A stretch of DNA of 20,694 nt from assembly GCA_048213135.1 (NCBI GenBank), contig PS015059.1:212511-233204 (forward strand). The letters run 5' to 3'. Source of the DNA: Reclinomonas americana ATCC 50394 (taxonomy: Eukaryota). Shown here one piece after another: positions 12,470 through 19,222 of this stretch (positions are counted from its first letter, which is position 1; every line of letters begins with the position of its first letter). The notes below the pieces were generated by a model. That model saw only the letters and a program-made list of their open reading frames with translations, had not been told where the DNA came from and did not search any database. A program made the position numbers and the translations under genes.

Positions 12470-12925
12470 CGAGCACCAACGTATCGGCCACTAGCAGCAC
12501 ATTGAAGTCGTCGGAGAAGTAAATGCTTGAAGGATTCTTGAAACGAGCGGCGGTGCGATTGCCATCGGCCCACGGCGTGGTCATGTCGTGACCCGGCTCG
12601 CCGGCCACGGTCTGCACGTTGAGACCCATGTCGTCGCCAATGCCATACTCCGCGTAGACACTAGATTCACCGCCACCAAAAGGAGCTGAATAACCATTGC
12701 TCTGCACGGTGAAGGTCACCGTGCACCCGGTGGGATCGCTGCCGGTCGAGGGGGACGAAATGTTGACGATGGAGGGCACGTTGAGGCCGGTGGCGAGCAG
12801 CGTCAGAGTGGCAGAGTGCACGATGAGTAAGAGGAATAGGCAGAGAGAGCTGGCCGGGGTGTGCACAGGGAAGGCGGGAAGGCGCCGCTGGCGGTGGCGG
12901 TGGCGGAGGAGGACGAGGTGGTCAA
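1..12925 (-). CDS. Giant multi-exon NHL-repeat beta-propeller / FN3-like repeat protein, >3,500 aa, 3'-partial. Exons: 12925-12481, 12212-12041, 11956-11195, 10770-9894, 9516-9044, 8894-8346, 8146-7957, 7536-6956, 6559-<1
   Basis: Many NHL-type repeats (e.g. AG..G.ADG....ARF..P.G.A.D....LYVADTGNH.IR.I) and FN3-like segments (L.P.TTY.Y.L...SFTT). All 8 internal introns are GT..AG with compatible phases, and splicing rebuilds NHL motifs across the junctions (LVADT|GNHVIR, WIAD|TFNHLIR, VVV|DSGNHAFR). Exon lengths sum to 10,588 nt excluding the 20-N gap. Confidence 0.9.
519..538. other. Assembly gap (20 N placeholder) inside a coding exon
   Basis: Run of 20 N. Complete codons abut it on both sides (TCC ends at 539, GAC starts at 518). 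Confidence 0.95.
539..6559 (-). CDS. Large exon of the giant gene (2,007 codons up to the gap): end of module 3, NHL/FN3 modules 4-7, plain FN3-like repeats
   Basis: Part of ORF 431..6841. Acceptor ctcgtgcAG|CAC CGG at 6560-6561 follows a long polypyrimidine tract. Confidence 0.92.
6590..6783. repeat. Pure polypurine/polypyrimidine tract in intron 6560-6955, including a 27-bp tandem repeat (gaaggggaaggaggagaaaggggagga, about 3.5 copies, 6687-6780)
   Basis: Only A and G on the + strand; units start at 6687, 6714 and 6741. Confidence 0.85.
6956..7536 (-). CDS. Internal exon of the giant gene (NHL blades, module 3)
   Basis: Acceptor gcAG|AC TCC GGC AAC CAT (D-SGNH), donor ACG|GTGAGT; 581 nt, phase 1 to 0. 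Confidence 0.9.
7957..8146 (-). CDS. Internal exon of the giant gene (NHL blade, module 3)
   Basis: Acceptor ccAG|ACC GAC ACC CAC TGC, donor G|GTGCGT; 190 nt, phase 0 to 1; reads TDTHCIRQL...PRFNFPTALGY. Confidence 0.88.
8346..8894 (-). CDS. Internal exon of the giant gene (end of module 2, start of module 3)
   Basis: Acceptor acAG|ACC TTC AAC CAC, donor GAT|GTTGCG; 549 nt, phase 0 to 0. Confidence 0.87.
9044..9516 (-). CDS. Internal exon of the giant gene (NHL blades, module 2)
   Basis: Acceptor gcAG|GC TAC GTG, donor GAT|GTGAGT; 473 nt, phase 1 to 0; reads FDSPVGIAVDAAGKVYVTELLNHTIR. Confidence 0.92.
9894..10770 (-). CDS. Internal exon of the giant gene (end of module 1, start of module 2)
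   Basis: Acceptor acAG|ATC ATT CGC, donor G|GTGAGT; 877 nt, phase 0 to 1. Confidence 0.92.
11195..11956 (-). CDS. Internal exon of the giant gene (NHL blades, module 1)
   Basis: Acceptor gcAG|GCT TCG, donor AAT|GTGAGT; 762 nt, phase 0 to 0; reads LFVSDTGNNVIRRID and DGTGTGARFQYPSGVA. Confidence 0.9.
12041..12212 (-). CDS. Internal exon of the giant gene (NHL blade, module 1)
   Basis: Acceptor acAG|C GGT AAT CAT, donor GAT|GTTGCG; 172 nt, phase 2 to 0. The following 84-nt intron carries an in-frame TGA and a CTCAC branch-point-like motif. Confidence 0.87.
12398..12469. repeat. Compound microsatellite (CA)n(GA)n in intron 12213-12480
   Basis: Directly visible. Confidence 0.95.
12481..12925 (-). 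CDS. 5'-most well-supported exon of the giant gene: basic stretch, hydrophobic signal-like segment, first FN3 half and first NHL blade
   Basis: Acceptor acgcAG|TT GAC after a ~300-nt polypyrimidine tract, donor AC|GTTGGT. Reads RHRHRQRR...SLCLFLLLIVHSATLTLLATG-LNVPSIVNIS...DGNRTAARFKNPSSI. The 5' boundary is less certain than the 3' boundary. Confidence 0.78.
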
Positions 12926-12934
12926 CTGCGTGGT

Positions 12935-13248
12935 GGAGGGAGAGGGGAGAGAGAGAGGGAAAGGGAGGTGGAGTGAGGGAGTGGGAGAGGAAAGAGGGAA
13001 GAGGGGAGAGGGAGAGGGATGAGGGAGAGAGGGAAGGGGAAGAGGGAAGAGGGAAGAGGGAGAGGGAGAGGGAAGAGGGAGAGGGAGAGGGAGAGGGAGA
13101 AGGAGAAGGAGAGGGCGGGGTAGAGAGGGAAAGGGAGAGAGGGAGAGAGAGGGGAGAGGAGGGGGTGAGAAGGAGAGGGAGAGGGAGAGGGCGGGGGTGA
13201 GAAGGAGAGGGAGAGAGGGAAGCAGAGAGAGAGAGAGAGAGAGAGAAG
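12935..13248. repeat. Polypurine (GAGG/GGA/GA) low-complexity tract, intronic
   Basis: Almost exclusively A/G on the + strand; ends just before the acceptor at 12926-12927. Confidence 0.85.
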
Positions 13249-13298
13249 TAAATGACCAGTGCCACCATCTCAAAACAGAGTACGAGGTTGCGCCTCAC

Positions 13299-13312
13299 GT
13301 GTGCACACAAGA

Positions 13313-13350
<38 letters not shown>

Positions 13351-13446
13351 CAGAGAGAGAGAGAGAAGAAGAAGAAGAATAAGAAAGGGAAAGGGGAAAA
13401 GTGCAGTGAAAAACCAAGCTCCTCGTCCCGTGCGGTTTGTGCTCAT
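13299..13446 (-). CDS. Possible first coding exon of the giant gene (MSTNRTGRGAWFFTALFPFPFLILLLLLSLSL...); may instead be 5' UTR
   Basis: ATG at 13446, 148 nt to a C|GTGAGG donor at 13298. Phase 1 matches the exon starting at 12925, but the segment runs through microsatellites. Confidence 0.3.
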
Positions 13447-14303
13447 GCACACCGCATGATGGGGATAAGCAAGAGAGAGAAAGGAGTGCACGCGCGACCC
13501 AAGTGCGTGTGCGCACAGTCACAGTCAGATGCATGACGGGCAACGCACACTGTCTCACATCGCACACACTGTTTGCGTGTGCAGCGACACATATAGAGTG
13601 CTGCATGCGCATGCAGAGAATGAGAGGAGAGAAAGAGAAAGAGAGAGAGAAAGACGTACGTGGTGGTGGAGGAAAAAGGCAAGTATTGATGACTCGAACA
13701 CCAACGATGTGTGTCTCATGGGAGTGCGCGCGCTCTGTGTGTTGCTCTTCTCACGCACCTTGGTCAGTTGACTGTCGTCGAGCGAGCGACGGCGCACGCG
13801 ATTGCATTGTTCAGCAGAGCTGCTCTCTCTCTCTCTCTCACACACACGCTCTCACTCGGTGATGTCTAACTCAACAAACGAGCTCCCGCGCAGTGGCAAG
13901 CAACGAAGGGACGGAGACAACGAAACAAAGACACGCGCGATGAGTGAGAGTGAGCGCGCGCGTGCGTGTGTGTTGTGAATGAATATGTATTGCGTTCGCG
14001 AGCGCGGAGTTTACCAATAAATACATCAGAAAAGTACAAAGAAATTTCTCGGCTTTTAGCAAAATCCGCACAGGGTTCGGAGTGGTCGGCGTTATTGTGT
14101 ATATTGGGCATCGAGCTGCGAGAGGCGTCGAGTGTGGCGCACAGTCATGTGTCACAGAGGTATAGCCTATGCATGCAGGTTGGAGTCCGCAAATTGGATC
14201 AATGGAAGTTTCTGGACAAATGCTCCGTTGGATCGTGAGGCACATGCACAGCAACAACAACTTTACTAATCCAAACAACAACACAGCTGCATCATGATCA
14301 GTG

Positions 14304-14941
14304 NNNNNNNNNNNNNNNNNNNNNNNNNNNNNNNNNNNNNNNNNNNNNNNNNNNNNNNNNNNNNNNNNNNNNNNNNNNNNNNNNNNNNNNNNNNNNNNNN
14401 NNNNNNNNNNNNNNNNNNNNNNNNNNNNNNNNNNNNNNNNNNNNNNNNNNNNNNNNNNNNNNNNNNNNNNNNNNNNNNNNNNNNNNNNNNNNNNNNNNNN
14501 NNNNNNNNNNNNNNNNNNNNNNNNNNNNNNNNNNNNNNNNNNNNNNNNNNNNNNNNNNNNNNNNNNNNNNNNNNNNNNNNNNNNNNNNNNNNNNNNNNNN
14601 NNNNNNNNNNNNNNNNNNNNNNNNNNNNNNNNNNNNNNNNNNNNNNNNNNNNNNNNNNNNNNNNNNNNNNNNNNNNNNNNNNNNNNNNNNNNNNNNNNNN
14701 NNNNNNNNNNNNNNNNNNNNNNNNNNNNNNNNNNNNNNNNNNNNNNNNNNNNNNNNNNNNNNNNNNNNNNNNNNNNNNNNNNNNNNNNNNNNNNNNNNNN
14801 NNNNNNNNNNNNNNNNNNNNNNNNNNNNNNNNNNNNNNNNNNNNNNNNNNNNNNNNNNNNNNNNNNNNNNNNNNNNNNNNNNNNNNNNNNNNNNNNNNNN
14901 NNNNNNNNNNNNNNNNNNNNNNNNNNNNNNNNNNNNNNNNN
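14304..14941. other. Assembly gap (638 N)
   Basis: Run of N. Confidence 0.98.
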
Positions 14942-15584
14942 TTTCTGCAAGAGAAACCACGCTGCGGCTCATGACGAGCATGGATTTGACGCCGAATTCC
15001 AAACAGGAATGCAGAAAGACAGCAAGTGGGGTTGCCAAAGAGAAGAAGGCACGTGCACATGTGCACAGTTCTTCGGCCGGCGCAAAGTGTGCTCGTACTG
15101 CGCCTGCTTTATCTTTGCAGGGCAGCAAGGAAGCACCTTGAACGTGTGAAGCGATGAGAGGAAGAGGAGAGAGACTTGATAAGACAGCGAGAAACCGAGG
15201 AACGAACAGAGAGATGAAGAGGCAAAGAGAGAGAAACATGTTAACAGGGAATATGGTGATTGAGAAAAAAGGGAGAAAGAGGATAGACATGCACAGAAGC
15301 TGACGAAGAGAGACGCGAGGACGGAGTGAAAGCTGAGGAAAGAAGAGAGAAGTAGAGGCAGAATAAAGGAGCCGGCGAGATAAAAGATAGAGAGAGGGGA
15401 AGAATAAGAGTAAAGGAGAGGCGCAGAAACGGTGAGCGTGTGTGTGAGAGAGAGAGAAAAAAAGAGACGGCGTGAGAGAGAGATGAGTCGGTCAACATGA
15501 CAGAGTTGCGCACAGTGACAGCCATCGGTCTTCGTGCATTCATTCAGCTCACTCCGTCCAGCACCATCCAGGCGCACGGCGTTC

Positions 15585-15932
15585 AATCACCTCTGCATCC
15601 TCCAGCACAAAGCACCGCAGCACGACGTCGACCAGGATCCAGTCATGGTGGTCGTCATCTCAGCAAGGAGCTCGTTGACGGCCAGCACGGCCAGTCGTGC
15701 GGCAGCAAGCTATTGCCGTGTCAGCGCACGTGGCGTGGACCACACACGGATCGTATTATCCCCACTCCCGCTCACGACGTGCTGGTCATCGGGAGTGACG
15801 GCGACGCAGAACGCACCTCCAGAGAGTCTTTCCAGCCGGTGCACCTGTTGCCCACTCGCCAGCGACCACACGCACACAGTCTTGTCATATCTTCCGCTCA
15901 CAACGTGCCGACCATCACCGTGTCAGTGTGCC
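15585..15932 (-). pseudogene. 5'-truncated WD40 paralog (copy C): last ~2 WD repeats plus the C-terminal tail
   Basis: Reads DGRHVVSGRYDKTVCVWSLASGQQVHRLE...VAVTPDDQHVVSGSGDNTIRVWSTPRALTRQ*LAAAR. A TAG at 15710-15712 stands where paralogs have GAG, and a frameshift precedes VVLRCFVLEDAEVI. Confidence 0.82.
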
Positions 15933-16043
15933 GTGTCCTGTCTTCTTCAATCTGTATCCCGCACAACCACCCACTCTCCTGCAAGAGGCGATGAACAGCT
16001 CACATTCACCAGCAGCCACCTTCTCTCCCTTCGAATCACCGAC

Positions 16044-17179
16044 TCAGCACCGGAAAGAGACAACCTCGGCATCCTCAACGATGAAACAGCGCAGAACCAG
16101 CTCGGGAAGGCACCGTGAGTCTACTACTTCCTCGACCACCTGCATCTCCTGCACAGCCTGCATGGTCGAGCGTGCGGCATCGAGCTCGAGGCGAGCAAGG
16201 CCACGCGGTGTGGACCACACTCGTATCGTCCAGTCATCACTGCCACTTACTATATGCTGACCATCGGGAGAGACGGCAACAGACATCACCAGGTCCGTGT
16301 GTCCCTCTAACCGTCGAACTTCCTCTCCGCTTGCCAGAGACCACACTCGAACTGTGCTGTCTCCACTCGCACTCACAATGTACTGACCATCAGAGGTGAC
16401 AGCAACAGACCACACCGTGCTGGTGTGTCCATCCCATCGTCGCACCTCCTCCCCACTCACCAACGACCACACCCGCACGTCGCAGTCCGCACTCCCACTC
16501 ACAATATGCTGACCATCAGGGGTGACGGCGACAGACTGCACAATGTGAGTATGTCCCTCCAGCCGTCGCACCTCCTTGCCACTCGCCAGCAACCACACCC
16601 GCACAGTTTCGTCTCCACCGCCACTCACAATATGCAGATTATCAGAGGTGGCGGAGACAGACCACACTCGATCTGTGTGCCCCGCCAGCTGTCGCAACTC
16701 TTCCCCGATCGCCAGCGACCACACCCGCACTGTATTGTCAAAGCTGCCACTCACGATGAACTCACCGTCGCGGGTGACGGCGACAGACGTCACCGTGTTG
16801 GTATGTCCCTCCAACCGTCGCACCTCCTCGCCATTCGCCAGCGACCACACACGTAGGGTGTTGTCTCCACCCCCATTTACAATGTATTGGCCATCGGGAG
16901 TGACGGCAACAGAAAACACTACATCAGTGTGTCCCACCAGTTGTCGCACTTCTTCGCCACTCGCCAGAGACCACACTCGAATGATCGTGTCCATACACCC
17001 AGCGACGATGTGCTTGCCATCGAGAGTGACAGCGATGGACTGCACCACAGCAGCGCGACTCTGAATGATCTGTGCCAGATGCTCGCAGTGAGACACACAA
17101 AGAGAGAGAGAGAGAGCAACAGCAACACACACGAATCCCTCTCACACACGCATGTGTGTGTGTGCACCTTGGTTGCCAT
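16044..17179 (-). CDS. WD40-repeat protein copy B (7 repeats plus ~55-aa tail, ~345 aa); exons 17179-17168 and 17069-16044
   Basis: Seven 42-aa GH..V.SVAVTPDG.HIVSG..D.TVRVWS repeats. Micro first exon ATG GCA ACC AAG|GTGCAC, a 98-nt intron, and acceptor acAG|ATC ATT (an alternative in-frame AG lies 9 nt downstream). Confidence 0.9.
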
Positions 17180-17894
17180 TGGAAGAGAGGAAGGTTAAAT
17201 GACTCTCCTCTCTTAATAGGTTCGCTTCTGTTGACTTTCTCTCTTCGCAGAGCAAGCCACCTGGTCGGTACTTTGCTGTGGTGGTCACGAAGAGTCTGCA
17301 CTCTTGCGTGCGTGTGTGTGTGCGACGATTGCTCGCTCGGGATTGTCACCGTTTCCCGCCTTGCCTCGCCCGCCTTGCTCTGAGACGTCGTTCATTCCTC
17401 GTCAGGCTGCAACCAGCACCCCACACAGCATACGACAGTGTGAGCGACGTGGCTCCGATGATGCTTGTGAGCTTTCGAAGACTCGTCGATGAGAAATCGG
17501 CAAAATGGACATGCTGGGTGGTGACACGACGTGACCCTCTACTCCGCTGTGCATGTCCAGCGACACTTCATTTCAACTGTCCTGCATTCTCTCTCAACGA
17601 GGACTGGAATGTCGGTCTGCTTGGATGTGCAGCCACAACAAGACAAGAAAGGCACAGACTCAAGTGATTCATCACGCTTGTACACAGAAACTGAGGTGAA
17701 AGAGACACGTACGCAGGGGGAGACATGCTTCACGCCCGCAACATTCATGACAGGATAACAAACAAAAAAGAACAATTCATCAACCTCAACACCGACCTCT
17801 CTCTCCAATCCACAGTCGTCCGCTCTTCCCCCAAGGGCACGAAAAACAACTCACAATCACCAGTAGCCACCCTCTCTCCCTTCGACGCACCAAC

Positions 17895-19035
17895 TCAGCA
17901 CCGAAAAAGGACGACCTCGGCATCCTCAACGATGAAACAGCGCAGAACCAGCTCGGGAAGACATCGTGAATTTACCTCTGCCTCTTGCATCTCCTGCACA
18001 GCATGCATGGCCGAGCGCGCAGCGTCAAGCTCGAGGCAAGCAAGGCCCCGCTGCGTCGACCACACTCGCACGGTCTTGTCCTTGCCACCCGCACTCACAA
18101 TATGCTGACCATCGGGAGAGACGGCCACAGACGACACCCATCCGTCATGTCCCACCATCCGACGTATTTCATCCCCACTTGCGAGAGACCACACCCAAAC
18201 AGCGTTGTCTCCACTAGCACTCACGACGTGCTGGCCGTCGGGGCTGACAGCGACAGACTGAGTCCGCCAGTTGTGCCCCACCAACCGTCGCACCTCCTCC
18301 CCACTCGCCAGTGACCACACCCGCACGGTGCTGTCCTCAATCCCGCCCACAATGTGCTGACCGTCCGGGGTGACAGCGACGGACATAATCGTATTGGTGT
18401 GTCCCCCCAGCCGTCGCACCTCCTCACCACTCGCCAGCGACCACACCCGCACTGTGTTGTCTCCACTCCCGCTGACTATGTGCCGACCGTCGGGAGTGAC
18501 GGCGACAGTCGACACCCACCGAGTGTGTCCCTCCAACCGCCGCACTTGCTCTCCACTCGCCAGTGACCACACTCGCACTGAGTTGTCGCTGCTGCCGCTA
18601 ACAATGTGCTGTCCATCAGGGGTGACGGCGACAGAGTATACCACATCAGTGTGGCCCTCCAGCCGTCGCACTTTTTTACCACTTACCAGCGACCACACTC
18701 GCACTGCGTTGTCTCGACCCCCACTGACAATGTGCTCGCCGTCAGGAGTGACAGCGACAGACATCACCCATCCACTATGTCCCCCCAGCCGTTGCACCTC
18801 CTTGCCACTCGCCACAGACCACACTCGAACAGCAGTGTCCATGCACCCACCAACAATGTGCTTGCTGTCGGGAGTGACAGCAATGGACAGCACCACAGCG
18901 AGACTCTGAATGATCTGTGCCAGAGGCTCACAGTGAGACGCACAAAGAGAGAGAGAGAGAGAGAGCAATAGCAACACACACGAATCCCTCTCACACGCTG
19001 TGTGTGTGTGTGTGTGTGCGCACCTTGGTTGCCAT
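17895..19035 (-). CDS. WD40-repeat protein copy A (7 repeats plus ~53-aa tail, ~343 aa); exons 19035-19024 and 18914-17895
   Basis: Same structure as copy B: ATG GCA ACC AAG|GTGCGC, a 109-nt intron, acAG|ATC ATT CAG, seven WD40 repeats, TGA at 17895-17897. Confidence 0.9.
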
Positions 19036-19164
19036 CAGAAGAGAGGAAGGATAAGATGACTCTTGTGCCCTCTCTTGATAGGTTCGCTTCTGTTGACTTC
19101 TTCTTCGGAGAGCAAGCCACCCGGTCGGTACTCTGCTGCGGTGGTCTCGAAGAGTCTGCTCGTT

Positions 19165-19165
<1 letters not shown>

Positions 19166-19221
<56 letters not shown>
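19166..19221. repeat. Compound microsatellite (GC)n(GT)n upstream of WD40 copy A, much shorter in copy B (~17306-17322)
   Basis: Directly visible. Confidence 0.9.

Positions 19222-19222
<1 letters not shown>

Noticed and set aside
1-12925. Calling the giant gene a teneurin, NHLRC2 or ROS1/Sevenless
   Set aside because: No YD/RHS repeats, EGF repeats, thioredoxin domain, YWTD motifs or kinase are visible in the window; only NHL and FN3-like content is supported.
14070-14160. ggttcggagtggtc, resembling a tRNA A-box/D-loop
   Set aside because: No acceptor stem, anticodon arm or correctly placed GTTCRA T-loop could be found.
14266-15290. Long ORFs spanning 14304-14941
   Set aside because: Artefacts of the N run.
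15710-15712. TAG aligned with Glu (possible stop-codon reassignment)
   Set aside because: The same copy also has a frameshift and truncation, and no in-frame TAG occurs in >3,500 codons of the giant gene or in the intact WD40 copies.
16213-18905. Regularly spaced conserved DNA motifs (gaccacac.cgcac every 126 bp) resembling a CRISPR array
   Set aside because: They are the VRVWS codons of in-frame WD40 repeats in a eukaryotic gene; the intervening sequences are homologous and no cas genes are present.
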